NCBI GenBank assembly: GCA_963663865.1
Contig: OY760686.1
Span: forward strand, 224,001 to 288,000
Length of the DNA stretch: 64,000 nt
Direction of reading: 5' to 3'
Source of the DNA: Spirochaetota bacterium
GTDB taxonomy: Bacteria > Spirochaetota > UBA4802 > UBA5550
Of this stretch, positions 38,325 to 49,091 are shown in pieces. Below the pieces are notes generated by a model that had not been told where the DNA came from, did not search any database, and saw only the letters and a program-made list of their open reading frames with translations. Numbering within the stretch: position 1 is the stretch's first letter; each line of letters starts with the position of its first letter. The position numbers and the translations under genes are program-made.

Positions 38325-38723
38325 GAGGCTTATGGAGTGCAGGACCTTATTGAGAAAAGATGCAGGGTTACTTCATGTCAATCCTTACTGTACAGTGAGG
38401 TGGTACTATTATAACAAACGGATCACGCAAATTGCTCAATTCTGAGCTTATTGCAACATTCCCGTTTGTCTCATTATCTGACGCAAGATCATTTCTGGCT
38501 TTTTTCAAACTCATGCTTTAATGATTAAAGCTTTTATATGTCAAAGAATATGCACATCCTGAGCGAACCTGATTATTATGTATTTTTAAAAATATTGCCG
38601 TATCATGAAGATGGGGCTGCAGGTCACGAAGGGACGGGCCTGGACAAGAAATAAACAATTAAGAGAGCCAAAGTCTTAGAGCATGGACGCCGGAGTCCCG
38701 AAGCTTCATGTATTTGCAGATTT

Positions 38724-41003
38724 TCAATATTTAACTTCAAAACTTCCTATCATCGTATTACTGTCTTCAACATCCGAAGATGGGCCCACATAAAGCTGAT
38801 ACTCAATTTGTTCCACTAGCCAGGAATTTGTGCCAGTATCATAATAGGCCAGATCCTCAACAGATAAAGAGAGTTCCACGCTGACCGTTTCTCCTGGTGC
38901 AAGTGACACTCGTTTAAAATCCTTCAACTCTTTTACTGGCCGGCCTATACCGTCACTCACCAGGGTGTTAGTAAAGCCAACATAGAGCTGCACTATCTCA
39001 TCTCCGGCCATTGCACCGGCATTGGTAATATCAACTGTAACCCAAATGAACCCGCTATCATCAACTATGGGGGGTTCCACAATTAGGTTGGAATATTCAT
39101 AAGTAGTGTAGCTCAACCCGAAACCGAAAGGGTAGCGTGGTTTTATTGCGTACTTGTCCAGATACCGATACCCGTGATAATAATTATATGTTACTTTTGA
39201 GGAAGTGTTATTAAATGCGGGATAATCATTTTCGGAGACAGGAAATGCCTGTGGAAGTTTTCCTGAAGGGTTAACATCCCCAAAAAGAATTTCACCAATA
39301 GCAAGCCCTCCCTGCATACCAGGATACCAGGCCATCAGCACCGCTTTAAGATTTTCATGGTTGGGGTCATCATCAGCCCAGGCTTTCATATCTATAGCGC
39401 CGCCTGACTCAAGCACAACAATGACATTGGAATTACAGGCCATAGCCTCCTGGATGGAAGTGACTTCATCATCGGGCAATGACATACTGCGTCTGTCAAT
39501 GGAAAATGGTTTTCCTTCTCCCTCTTCTCTTTGTCCATAAGCGCATATAACTATTACGCAGTCTGCATCGCTAACCGTTTCAGTGTTTTCGTTAACTGTT
39601 TTCTGAAATTCAACATTGATATCTTCTCCAGCAGCTGATTTAATCCCTTCATAGGGACTGATTCCTGTTGAAGAAACAGACTCACTGCTTCCTAAATCAC
39701 CGGTTCGCACAGTGTCGCCGTACTCACCAATCACAATAATTTTGGAAACCATGGATCTGTTTACAGGCAGAATATTTCCTTCATTTTTCAGAAGTACAAT
39801 ACTTTTTTCAGCTGTTTCAAGAGCAAGCGCAATGTTTCCCGGTGTTTCCAGCATAGTTTTGTCTGTAAGTGGCATTTCCCCTTTTTTCAGATCATAATAG
39901 TCCAGGTTGTACTGCAGTTTCCGCCTTAGTATCCGCTTTGCCGCATCGTCTATCGGAGCCCTGTCGACCTCACCGTTCTCAATATACTTTATAATGTCGT
40001 CATAATAATTATTTTCAAAAAAAACATACGTAGGATTATCAAAAAAACTATAAGGGTGTTCCAGATCAAGCCCGGCAACAATGGAATCAACAGTGGAATG
40101 CATTGCACCAAAATCAGATATCACAAACCCCTGAAAGTCCCATTCATTTTTCAGTATTTCTCTCAATAAATGATAATTCTGACAGCAATAGCTTCCGTTC
40201 AGCTGGGTATAGGCACCCATGACTGCAGCTACATCAGCCTTCTGCACGGCATTTTTAAATGCGGGCAAATACACCTCCCGCAGGGTGCGCTCATCCATCT
40301 GCGCATTCACAAAGAACCTCGTGTCCTCTATATTATTTGCGGCGAAGTGCTTTACGCAGGCCAGTACGGGATTCTCCCCTAATTCAGGAGTCTGCTGCAT
40401 GGACTTGATGTATGCCACACCAAATGCACTTAAAAGGCAGGAATCTTCACCATAGGTTTCCTGCGCTCGCCCCCAGCGTGGATGCATCAGCTGGTTAATA
40501 CAGGGAGAGAAAGTCATATTGTAACCCCAGGCCCGTGCCTCACTAGCGATTACTGCCGCAACCCTAGCTTCTAGGTCAATGTCCCATGAAGCGGCCCGAG
40601 CCATAGCCACAGGAAAGGTTGTTGCATTTTGAGAAGAATAACGGGCAGACATGCCCCTGGTCCCATTACACTGAATAAATCCGGGGATTTGCAAGCGGTC
40701 ATTATTAGGGGTTTTGAAATTAAAATCATCACCCCAAGCATAATTACCACCCTGCATCTGTTCAATTTTTTCTTCGATGGTCATTGAAGCAAGGAGCTCA
40801 TTAAGCCGGTCATCTAAACTGGAATCTCTGGTGTTGCTGCAGGTGGTCACTGAAAGAATACCGAATATATTTATTGCAGAAACAAATAACGCGCTGCTGT
40901 ACCAGCACTTAATAGACCTGAGTACCATGGAAATCAGGTTAAAATATTTGTTTTGCGCTTGTTTGAAAAAAACCGATGATATTCCAAAACAATACTTTTT
41001 CAT
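38724..41003 (-). CDS. GH3 beta-glucosidase with Fn3-like C-terminus, probably exported
   Basis: WGRAQETYGED, CVKHFAAN, ERTLREVYLPAF, GFVISDF, SIVLLKN, WYPG, NPSGKLP, PFGFGLSYT; true start may be downstream. Confidence 0.92.
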   Translation of the reverse strand: MKKYCFGISSVFFKQAQNKYFNLISMVLRSIKCWYSSALFVSAINIFGILSVTTCSNTRDSSLDDRLNELLASMTIEEKIEQMQGGNYAWGDDFNFKTPNNDRLQIPGFIQCNGTRGMSARYSSQNATTFPVAMARAASWDIDLEARVAAVIASEARAWGYNMTFSPCINQLMHPRWGRAQETYGEDSCLLSAFGVAYIKSMQQTPELGENPVLACVKHFAANNIEDTRFFVNAQMDERTLREVYLPAFKNAVQKADVAAVMGAYTQLNGSYCCQNYHLLREILKNEWDFQGFVISDFGAMHSTVDSIVAGLDLEHPYSFFDNPTYVFFENNYYDDIIKYIENGEVDRAPIDDAAKRILRRKLQYNLDYYDLKKGEMPLTDKTMLETPGNIALALETAEKSIVLLKNEGNILPVNRSMVSKIIVIGEYGDTVRTGDLGSSESVSSTGISPYEGIKSAAGEDINVEFQKTVNENTETVSDADCVIVICAYGQREEGEGKPFSIDRRSMSLPDDEVTSIQEAMACNSNVIVVLESGGAIDMKAWADDDPNHENLKAVLMAWYPGMQGGLAIGEILFGDVNPSGKLPQAFPVSENDYPAFNNTSSKVTYNYYHGYRYLDKYAIKPRYPFGFGLSYTTYEYSNLIVEPPIVDDSGFIWVTVDITNAGAMAGDEIVQLYVGFTNTLVSDGIGRPVKELKDFKRVSLAPGETVSVELSLSVEDLAYYDTGTNSWLVEQIEYQLYVGPSSDVEDSNTMIGSFEVKY

Positions 41004-41067
41004 AAAATGACTCCCTGATTGTTTTTATGTTTTGTTTTCAATTTTGCCAGGAATTAAGCTTTTTTAT

Positions 41068-42816
41068 TTAATAGACAAACATATTCTCATAAGTTGGGAT
41101 AGTTATTCCTACCTGCAGCCATGCATTGCGTACCTGAGTGTATTGCCAAATATCTTCAGGATCATAGTAGTCATAGGGATTACCATCCAATTCTACGGCC
41201 GCACATCCCCATGCACACGCAGCATCGTAGAAACCGCTATTTAGTGTCTTATGAATCAGGGTGCCATCCAGTACAACCTTGCCGGCGGCTTCAATGCCAA
41301 GTTGCAGTGTAAGCAAGTAAAAGGCGTGAGAAACTACAGTTGAATTGATATGAGTATAATCACCATCAGTATCAGCCCAGTATGTGCCATGATAATATGA
41401 TGGATTATGAGTTCGATTTGGATCTTTATAGTCTCTTATTGAATAAAAAGATAATGGATTCAAATGTATATCTTCACCCGTCATCCAGTCGGAATAACCA
41501 TGGGTGAAGTTTGGATGCTGGGATAATCCATTAGGTTGTGCCCAGTATTCAACCAGAAAGGAAAATATGTCAGCAAATGCCTCACAATAGGCACCAGATT
41601 CATTTTTTTGTGTTGTAATACCCACATCGGAATATTGGATTGCATGGCCATATTCATGGGCAACACATTCCAAAACATGGTAAGCGGAGTTTCCATCATA
41701 AGCACCCCCAAAATAAAAGCTATGATCATATGTACTAAAAAAAGCTGAACCTGCTTCTGTAAATAACATATTGATAATGATGGGTGAATTTGCGTAATTA
41801 TCATCCCAGCCTTTTCTGCCCATTTCTTTGCCAACATATTCCTGTGTTTTTGATATATTATAGGCAGCAGACATAACATCAGGTCTTGAACTTCCTATAC
41901 TCAGTGGATCGCTCGTGAATAAAAATCTATTCACAACATATGCGTAGTGTGCATCCCATACTTCGAACTTTCCAGTACTCCAACCGCTGTTATTAAAAAT
42001 ATATTTTGCCATAGTATAATGGTCATAATAAGCGCAAACATCATGACAAGGATAATAGTAACCACAGGATGCTTGATCAGTTATCACATTGACGCTTTGC
42101 CCCCCTTCGATGTTCATAATATTCCCTGTAAACACGAACTCACTGTAATTTATGGTTCCATTGTAATAATGGATAATACTGCCATCATTGGCATTAACCA
42201 GAAAATGTAGATTTATTTCCAAATCATTTTCGATATAGCTGATTCTTAATTCATAAATCAGTTGTGAATTAAATATAGCCAGCCTTGGTTCCTCTGTAAC
42301 AGATAAATCCTCTTTATCATCATATTCAGATGAAATTATCTTTTTTACATCTGCAGCTTTTATAACCGGTTTGACTGAAAATTCAGTGTTAGAGAAATAC
42401 TCGCCAGTCAGAGAGTACATATTTCCATTTTGATCAAAATGCTCAATCAACTCGCCATCAAGCACTTTAATCCCTTTAAAGTACTGCTGAAAGCGTTTAT
42501 GAATGTTTCCACTTTTATCTTTTTTGTTTTTCTTTAATTCTAATTCAGAATAAACAGTGTCCATTAAATCTGAAACAAGACTTGGATTGATTTCATTATT
42601 TTGAGTTGATTTATTTGACATAAACCATGTTGAGTCGGAGGTAAGGATCGGAGGGTAGAAAAATCTGTTAATGCGTTTATACCCATCTTTAAAACTTGCT
42701 TCTCTAAATGCTTCTTGATCCTTATCAGTAGTCGAAATATTACTTGTCTGGTTGTGATCATTACAACTCAACAAGACAAAGAATGATAATGCTGAAAAAA
42801 AATATAATCGTTTCAT
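41068..42816 (-). CDS. M4 (thermolysin-like) zinc metalloprotease lipoprotein with FTP/PepSY propeptide
   Basis: Lipobox LLSC; RFQQYFKGIKV and VNANDGSI propeptide; AHEYGHA, ESGAYCEAFADIF, THINS. Confidence 0.88.
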   Translation of the reverse strand: MKRLYFFSALSFFVLLSCNDHNQTSNISTTDKDQEAFREASFKDGYKRINRFFYPPILTSDSTWFMSNKSTQNNEINPSLVSDLMDTVYSELELKKNKKDKSGNIHKRFQQYFKGIKVLDGELIEHFDQNGNMYSLTGEYFSNTEFSVKPVIKAADVKKIISSEYDDKEDLSVTEEPRLAIFNSQLIYELRISYIENDLEINLHFLVNANDGSIIHYYNGTINYSEFVFTGNIMNIEGGQSVNVITDQASCGYYYPCHDVCAYYDHYTMAKYIFNNSGWSTGKFEVWDAHYAYVVNRFLFTSDPLSIGSSRPDVMSAAYNISKTQEYVGKEMGRKGWDDNYANSPIIINMLFTEAGSAFFSTYDHSFYFGGAYDGNSAYHVLECVAHEYGHAIQYSDVGITTQKNESGAYCEAFADIFSFLVEYWAQPNGLSQHPNFTHGYSDWMTGEDIHLNPLSFYSIRDYKDPNRTHNPSYYHGTYWADTDGDYTHINSTVVSHAFYLLTLQLGIEAAGKVVLDGTLIHKTLNSGFYDAACAWGCAAVELDGNPYDYYDPEDIWQYTQVRNAWLQVGITIPTYENMFVY

Positions 42817-43227
42817 TAAACCTCCTTCCCCCAATATAATAGTATTTACAGATGTATTATGTTTTAGCTTTACAAGATACAATTATACTAACTGAAGGAA
42901 GTTAAGAAAATGAACATATAACATGCTCAATGATGAATAATAATAATATTAACTGCCATCTCAATCCAATTACTGGCATGTCAGAAATTGCATTATATAT
43001 TATTCTGGCTATCGGTATATGTGCTGTAATCTATATTTTAGTGAAGTAATAGATGAAGAGATGGTTTTACTCCAAGTTTTTTGGAGAAACATTATTTATA
43101 CAATGTTGATATCGAAAAAAATTGATTAAAAGATGTGAAAAAAATGTTTTTACTGATGCCTCATGGTTTCAGTTAAAATTAAAATGGTATTGATACATAA
43201 AGTGTTTTAAAACTATGAAGTTGGTCC

Positions 43228-43453
43228 GAGAGTGTAAAAAGATTTGTGTAAATAGCTATATTATTACTCAATAGATAAGGAGAAAAAATATGGCTATGGA
43301 CAAAGATGCAATAATTAATGAATTGCTGGAAGATGTGGATTTCATAGCACTGACACTAAACAAATTACCGGGAAAAACGGCCTTATTCAGCAGTTACCCA
43401 AAAGGATTATCGAAACAGCGATGAATGCTGAAATGGGAGAACATCTTAACTAC
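43228..43453 (+). mobile_element. IS256-family relic: left TIR plus frameshifted transposase N-terminus
   Basis: TIR-like GAGAGTGTAAAAAGATTTGTGTAAAT; ATG 43290; after a frameshift GKNGLIQQLPKRIIETAMNAEMGEHLNY. Confidence 0.7.
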
Positions 43454-43698
43454 TTTACTGGTGGAACTTGTACGCTGATTGATGAATATCTGCCAACATG
43501 GCAATATGAAACCATTTTCTGGGCTTTCCCCGGATATCATTGTTTCTCCTATAAACTCAAGGCAATTTGATTATTATCTAAGGAGATTTTTTTAAATGCT
43601 GAGCACCCCGGATACAAATATACAAAAATTGATTACTTCTGTGCTACGCCTTGCACTTATTCATGTCTGTCTATCAATTCCCACTGCATGGGAAAAGA

Positions 43699-45693
43699 TC
43701 ATTTCATAACAATCTCACTCTTCATCGCTCCGTAAAGGGCAACCGCGTCCTCATGCCTGTAGACCACCCGGCATCTGGGGAGTGAACCAATAAACCTTTT
43801 CCCGTAGGGCTTGGAGTACAGCCTTGAGTCAAGCACGGCAACAATCCCCACATCAGTGCTGCTGCGAATAAGACGCCCGAAGCCCTGCTTGAACTTTATC
43901 ACCGCCTCTGGAATCTGGAAGTGAGCGAATGAGTTCAGGCCCTTCGCGGCTATCTGCTCCATCTTTGCCTGAACCGGCGGCGAGTCCGGTACCGCAAAAG
44001 GCAGGCGCATCATTATTACCCCGCGCACAAGGTCGCCGGGAAGGTCGATGCCCTGCCAGAACGAATGAGTGCCCATCAAAACAGAGTTATCATCCGAGAG
44101 ATAGGCCTCAACCGCTTCACCCGGAGTCATATCCCCCTGAGAATAGATACGGTGGTCTACCATGCCGCCAAGCTCGCGCCTGACATCCTCAAGCATTCTG
44201 TATGAGGTAAAGAGGAGCAGGCAGTTCCCGTTAAGACTTTTGATGATGTCCGCCGAAGCCATGGCAGCCTGCTTCGCAAAGCCCGGGACATTCGGCTCCG
44301 GGATATCCTTGCCGATATAAAGGACCGCCTGTTTCATGTAGTCAAACGGAGACGGAAGAGCAATATCCTGATTTCTGTCAATACCGAGCCGGTTTCCGAT
44401 AAAGGTAAAATTTTTATCGACGGCAAGCGTTGCAGAAACAAGCAAAGAGGACTCGTAAGAGTGAAAAACCTCTTTCCTCATTTTTTCAGCTATCGCCACA
44501 GGCTGTGCTCGCAAAGTACAGTCGGTCAAAAGGCCGTCCGGCGCGGACTCAAGCCAGTAGACATAGTCATCCTTTTCCATCTCAGTAAAGATGCCAAGCC
44601 CTTCAAGGAAGCCTCCTATCCGGCTCATCCCCATGTCGTATTCCATTCGCATGTACTCGTCCTGAAAGTCTTCTTCGGTTTTCCTGAGGATATCGACAAA
44701 CTCTGACAACGGGGCAAGCAGCTCCGCGCCGAACTGGAGAGGCCTTCTGAGACGCAGCTGGTTTGTCGCGTTAGGAACAAGCGCGGCAGCCTTTGCGAAA
44801 AACTTCGAGCCCTCCGCAATAATTTTACCTGCCGCCTCAACTGCCCGGACCCTCGTTTTTTCACCGGATATGTTGTTTATGAGATTGTTTTTTCGGTGCT
44901 TTCTGTAAAATCGGTCTATCGCGTCGGTGAGGAGCCTGTTGCTCAGGAAGAAACCCAGCTGAGATGACGCAATATCCTCAATAGAGTGAGCCTCGTCAAA
45001 GATAACTGCGTCGGAGCGCGGCAGATAGGTCTTCGCGGATGCAATATTAGTAAAAAAGAGATAGTGATTCATCACAAGAATATCGGCGGCCGCCCACTGC
45101 CTCTTAGCCTTCTGATAAGGGCACTCTCCCGAATATGGGCACCTGTAGCCTCCGCAAATCTCGGGCTCCCTGTTCACCTGCGCCCACAGCCTGTTTGAAA
45201 TCCGCAAATCGAATCGGGTAAAGAGGCGCTCTGCCTCGAAAAGCTTCGCGAGCGGCCTGAGTGATTTCAGCTCTTCCTGCTCAAACTTGCCCTTCTGTAC
45301 CGCTATTTCAAAGCGCCGGCGGCAGGCATAGTTAGCGCTGCCGAGACACAGGGCGTAGGAGAACCTGTCCTTCATTGTGTTTAGAAAAAAGTCACGGACC
45401 AGAGGAAGGTCCTTATCCATAAGCTGCTTCTGAAGGGCCTTTGTTTCGGTGCTTATCGCTATCTTTTTGCCGGTCTCAAGTGCATAGAGAACAGCTGGAA
45501 TAAGATACGCGAGAGTCTTGCCGGTGCCGGTACCGGCCTCAATCATTCCGTTTTCGGTATCAGCAAGGCGCGCGCTGACAAAGGACGCCATCTGGCCCTG
45601 TTCAGCCCGGAACTCATATCCGGGCACATATCCAGCCAGCATGCCGTCCTTTGAAAAAATCTTGTCTATTAATGAATCCGATTTGTAGTTCAT
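43699..45693 (-). CDS. DinG/YoaA-family ATP-dependent DNA helicase (Fe-S)
   Basis: Q-motif R.EQ, EAGTGTGKT, Cys cluster, DEAH, SATL, LFTSY, WQGID.PG, RLPF, QGFGRLIR. Confidence 0.93.
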   Translation of the reverse strand: MNYKSDSLIDKIFSKDGMLAGYVPGYEFRAEQGQMASFVSARLADTENGMIEAGTGTGKTLAYLIPAVLYALETGKKIAISTETKALQKQLMDKDLPLVRDFFLNTMKDRFSYALCLGSANYACRRRFEIAVQKGKFEQEELKSLRPLAKLFEAERLFTRFDLRISNRLWAQVNREPEICGGYRCPYSGECPYQKAKRQWAAADILVMNHYLFFTNIASAKTYLPRSDAVIFDEAHSIEDIASSQLGFFLSNRLLTDAIDRFYRKHRKNNLINNISGEKTRVRAVEAAGKIIAEGSKFFAKAAALVPNATNQLRLRRPLQFGAELLAPLSEFVDILRKTEEDFQDEYMRMEYDMGMSRIGGFLEGLGIFTEMEKDDYVYWLESAPDGLLTDCTLRAQPVAIAEKMRKEVFHSYESSLLVSATLAVDKNFTFIGNRLGIDRNQDIALPSPFDYMKQAVLYIGKDIPEPNVPGFAKQAAMASADIIKSLNGNCLLLFTSYRMLEDVRRELGGMVDHRIYSQGDMTPGEAVEAYLSDDNSVLMGTHSFWQGIDLPGDLVRGVIMMRLPFAVPDSPPVQAKMEQIAAKGLNSFAHFQIPEAVIKFKQGFGRLIRSSTDVGIVAVLDSRLYSKPYGKRFIGSLPRCRVVYRHEDAVALYGAMKSEIVMK

Positions 45694-45805
45694 TCCGTTA
45701 TCGAAGAAAGCCTTTTTTTAAGTCCTCCTCACCTGCTGACTGGAGAGCCCTTCCTGACAGTCAACCCGCTAAAGAATGTAATTAATATTCCAGCAGGAAT
45801 ACAAG

Positions 45806-46267
45806 TCAATTATTTCTGAAGACTTTCCGGAAGATAAAACGCACAAGAGGCCCCACAAAGAAAATCTGTAGAAATATTGCAAACGGAAAGTTGAATACCA
45901 GCTTATTGAGCCAGTCAGAGAAGAAATTCACCGTAAATCCATTATAGAACACCGTCGCAGCAAAGCTCATGGAAGGACACATAATACAGACAGTCATGCA
46001 TGTTATAGTCAGCATGACAAACACCGGCCTGTCCTTTGCAGGGTCAACTATTCTGAAAGCGAGCTTCTGCGAAAGCCTGAAGGCGATAAGGGCTTCAATC
46101 AGAAAGGCCGTAATAAACTCCAGAGGGACTTCTTTAACAGCAAGCAGAAATACGTCTTTGCTGATTCCCCCGCTGTTGATGGAGACATTATAAACTGTGA
46201 AAGAGGCAACAGAAAAGAAAACGGTAAGCGACATAAAAAAGTACTTCTGAAATACGGTCTTAGGCAT
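45806..46267 (-). CDS. DUF2798-like membrane protein
   Basis: MPKT.FQ start, MCPSMS, NFPFA...Q.FFVGPLVRFIF. Confidence 0.7.
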   Translation of the reverse strand: MPKTVFQKYFFMSLTVFFSVASFTVYNVSINSGGISKDVFLLAVKEVPLEFITAFLIEALIAFRLSQKLAFRIVDPAKDRPVFVMLTITCMTVCIMCPSMSFAATVFYNGFTVNFFSDWLNKLVFNFPFAIFLQIFFVGPLVRFIFRKVFRNN

Positions 46268-46527
46268 ACGGAAAACTCCTTACATGTAATCCTGGTACCG
46301 TAATCAGATTTACTCGCTATGCGATACATGTGTCGTTTTCCAGCTATTGTCATGTTCTGGATTTAAGCGTTTGTAGTCAACTATAATGAAAAAGCATTTC
46401 CCATGAAATCGCATTCTCAAAAAACGAACTTCACAAGATAAGCGATATAATCCTAATTCATACGATAATAATCTTGACTCATACACTTTATATCTTATAG
46501 ACATAAAAAAAGATTTCTTGAGACCCA

Positions 46528-46911
46528 ATGCGAATAACAGTCTTTATAATACTATCATCATTTGCCCTTCTCTCGTGCGGGAGAGAATGTCTCTTTCCGC
46601 TTTGTTCAGCCAGCCCTGTTTTTATCGGTTCATCAACTTATGGTTTTAAAATAATTGGCGAATATCCAATTAAGCCTTCAGAGGCATATGAGGCAGCAAA
46701 ACCATACCTTGAACAGTCATACACACTACGCAACAGGGGAAGGAACTTTCCAAAAGACAGACTTAATATGAACGACTACATGCTTTTCAAGGGCGGATAT
46801 TACTATATATCCAGGGATAACTATCCTTACAAATCCTACTGGGCATATTTAAAACACGCGGTAAAAGTCAACGCTGACACAGGAAGGGTAATCCCTCCTG
46901 ACGCTGAATAG
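46528..46911 (+). CDS. Hypothetical lipoprotein
   Basis: Lipobox LLSC; PepSY-like end VKVNADTGRV. Confidence 0.6.
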   Translation: MRITVFIILSSFALLSCGRECLFPLCSASPVFIGSSTYGFKIIGEYPIKPSEAYEAAKPYLEQSYTLRNRGRNFPKDRLNMNDYMLFKGGYYYISRDNYPYKSYWAYLKHAVKVNADTGRVIPPDAE

Positions 46912-46919
46912 CCTGGATT

Positions 46920-47501
46920 CTATCTAAGAAGCCCGGCGAGTCGCTCTTTTTCAAGACCGTCATTCAGTGAATACACAATTTCTCCTTCTTTTATGCTGTA
47001 AAGCTCCGTTATCGGTGAAGGAGGAATATTGTTTTCTTTCTGAAATTCATTAATTACCGGATAAACTTTCATCAGGCCAATAATAATTGATATTTTCGAT
47101 ACATACGGGAAACGGACTATATGAGATTCATTTTCAGGAATTTCGGCAATCTTGTAATTCTTCCCCTTAAGATCTTCAACTTTGCTGTAATCATTGGGCT
47201 CAATCACACAGCCAAGAACTGCCCTCAGTTTGCTCTTTTCAACGTTTTCAGGATCATCAAAGTAGATACCTATACCTCTGAAAGTCTCAATCTTCTCGCT
47301 TTCAAGAAGAGAATAATACAGTTTGTTCATAACCTTTCCAGATTCAGAGTAATCTCCTGTATGCACAGCATAAACAATTTTCATTTCCTCAAGTTTGTGT
47401 TTTTCGACGGTTATTGTTGAAAAGGCCCCATGGAAGGCTGCAACTGAAACAATACCCGCCAGAATAAGCAGTGAAACAATCAATATGACCTTTTTGTTCA
47501 T
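46920..47501 (-). CDS. GyrI-like small-molecule-binding protein with N-terminal anchor
   Basis: H.GDY, GIYFDDP..V...LRA..G, KVYP, ELY. Confidence 0.7.
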   Translation of the reverse strand: MNKKVILIVSLLILAGIVSVAAFHGAFSTITVEKHKLEEMKIVYAVHTGDYSESGKVMNKLYYSLLESEKIETFRGIGIYFDDPENVEKSKLRAVLGCVIEPNDYSKVEDLKGKNYKIAEIPENESHIVRFPYVSKISIIIGLMKVYPVINEFQKENNIPPSPITELYSIKEGEIVYSLNDGLEKERLAGLLR

Positions 47502-47646
47502 TTTCTTTGCTCCCTAATATCAGTTTCTGATAAACAAATAACATGTTATAGTTAAGGTGATTAAAGCGGAAAAAGCAATTATTTTTCTTAAGGCGCTCAT
47601 ATATCCCTCCCAAATAGAAAAAGGAGGAGAGATTTCTGCATATTTA

Positions 47647-47690
47647 GTTGACACGGAAACCATTTCTCTGCATATTGTTTCCATGGAAAC
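47647..47690 (+). promoter_or_regulatory. Sigma70-like promoter with two MarR operator boxes
   Basis: TTGACA (47648)-17 bp-CATATT (47671); palindrome GTTTCCATGGAAAC (47677-47690) and imperfect copy GTTGACACGGAAAC (47647-47660). Confidence 0.65.
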
Positions 47691-48129
47691 TACACACAAA
47701 AACAGTGACATTGCATCTGTAATAATAGGCAAACTGATGAGTATCAGCGGGATTTTAAAGCGCGAATCAAACAGACTTCTTGAACCCTTTGGCCTCAATC
47801 ATCAGCAATTTTCAATACTATTTGAAATCGCAAAAGCTGGAAGAATCCGCCAGAAAGATACTACCAATCGTCTTTCACTTGAGAAGGCTCACGTCTCAAA
47901 GGTTGTCAGCAAACTCAATTCCATGGGACTCATCAGCATTAATTCATCCGAAGAGGATAAAAGGTCGGCCTACCTTTCGGTCACAGAGAAAGGAGAGCAA
48001 ACTGTTAAACGATGCCGGAAAGTAATCAACAGCTGGAAAACAAACAAACTGGGACATCTTAATGAAGCTGATCTTTCTGCAGTTTTAGACAGCATCAGCC
48101 TTCTGCAAAATGCCTTTCTGAATCAATAA
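47683..48129 (+). CDS. MarR-family transcriptional regulator
   Basis: L.PFGL...QFSIL, VSKVVSKL...GLI, EDKR....VTEKG. Confidence 0.88.
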   Translation: METTHKNSDIASVIIGKLMSISGILKRESNRLLEPFGLNHQQFSILFEIAKAGRIRQKDTTNRLSLEKAHVSKVVSKLNSMGLISINSSEEDKRSAYLSVTEKGEQTVKRCRKVINSWKTNKLGHLNEADLSAVLDSISLLQNAFLNQ

Positions 48130-48164
48130 AAGCTTAAAATTTCCAGCTTCAAAATAAATTAAGG

Positions 48165-48974
48165 ATGGCTTATGACATGAAAATTGAACAAGTGACTACC
48201 GTTTTTTTCTCACCGACAGGAACTACAGAAGCAATTGTTAAATCTGTTGCGGATGGCTTCGGACATAGCAAGGTCATAAACATCGATATAACAGACAAAA
48301 GCAGGCGAAATGCAGTGCTGCAACTTGAAAGAAATAACATCCTCATCGCCGGAGTCCCGGTGTATATGGGAAGGGTGCCCGCGATAGCGGCTGACTTTCT
48401 TAAAAAGATTCAGGCCGATAATACACCGGCTATTGCAGTAGCCGTTTATGGAAACCGGGCGTATGAAAACTCACTTCTTGAACTCTCCGATATACTTGAA
48501 GAGGCCGGGTGCTTTACTCTTGCAGCTGCATCTTTCATTGGCGAACATTCCTTTTCAAGCGCTGATACACCTATAGCTGAAGGCAGGCCTGATATCTCTG
48601 ACCTGAAAACAGCCGAAGGATTAGGCCGCAGTGCAGCAGAAAAGCTCATATTGACGGAATCTACCTTAGTAAAAAAAGTTTTTATTCCCGGAACACGCCC
48701 CTATGGCGGCGTCACAAAAATCTGGGACGAGGACTTTATTGACATAGATGAATCATGCAGTGCTTGCGGGCTCTGTGCGTCAGTCTGCCCAACAGACGCA
48801 ATCGCCCATAATAACATCAGGAGTATCGACCCGGTTAAATGTATTAGCTGCTGCGCCTGCATCAAAAGCTGTCCGGCAGGGGCAAGGTCGATAAAACCGG
48901 GCAAAGTAAAGGATGCTTCTTTGAGGCTCAATAGTCTCTTCAGCGAACCCAAAATGCCTGAGCTTTACATTTAG
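48165..48974 (+). CDS. EFR1-family flavodoxin-like/4Fe-4S ferredoxin protein
   Basis: FSPTGTT, PVYMGRVP, VYGNRAYE, GEHSF; two CxxCxxCxxxCP motifs. Confidence 0.85.
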   Translation: MAYDMKIEQVTTVFFSPTGTTEAIVKSVADGFGHSKVINIDITDKSRRNAVLQLERNNILIAGVPVYMGRVPAIAADFLKKIQADNTPAIAVAVYGNRAYENSLLELSDILEEAGCFTLAAASFIGEHSFSSADTPIAEGRPDISDLKTAEGLGRSAAEKLILTESTLVKKVFIPGTRPYGGVTKIWDEDFIDIDESCSACGLCASVCPTDAIAHNNIRSIDPVKCISCCACIKSCPAGARSIKPGKVKDASLRLNSLFSEPKMPELYI

Positions 48975-49091
48975 TTCATTTAGTATTTTATTTACTTGGA
49001 ATATCAATTATTTATTGACCGGCATGTTAATTTAATTTTTAATATTCCATAGCATTTGGAATAAATACATAAACAGCTGGAAGTATCGCTT

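Larger units (their letters stand above)
38256..43767. mobile_element. Integrase-less genomic island at the 3' end of the dinG-family helicase gene
   Basis: Bounded by the 69-bp direct repeat; AT-richer than flanks; holds GH3 and M4 genes and an IS256 relic. Confidence 0.75.
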
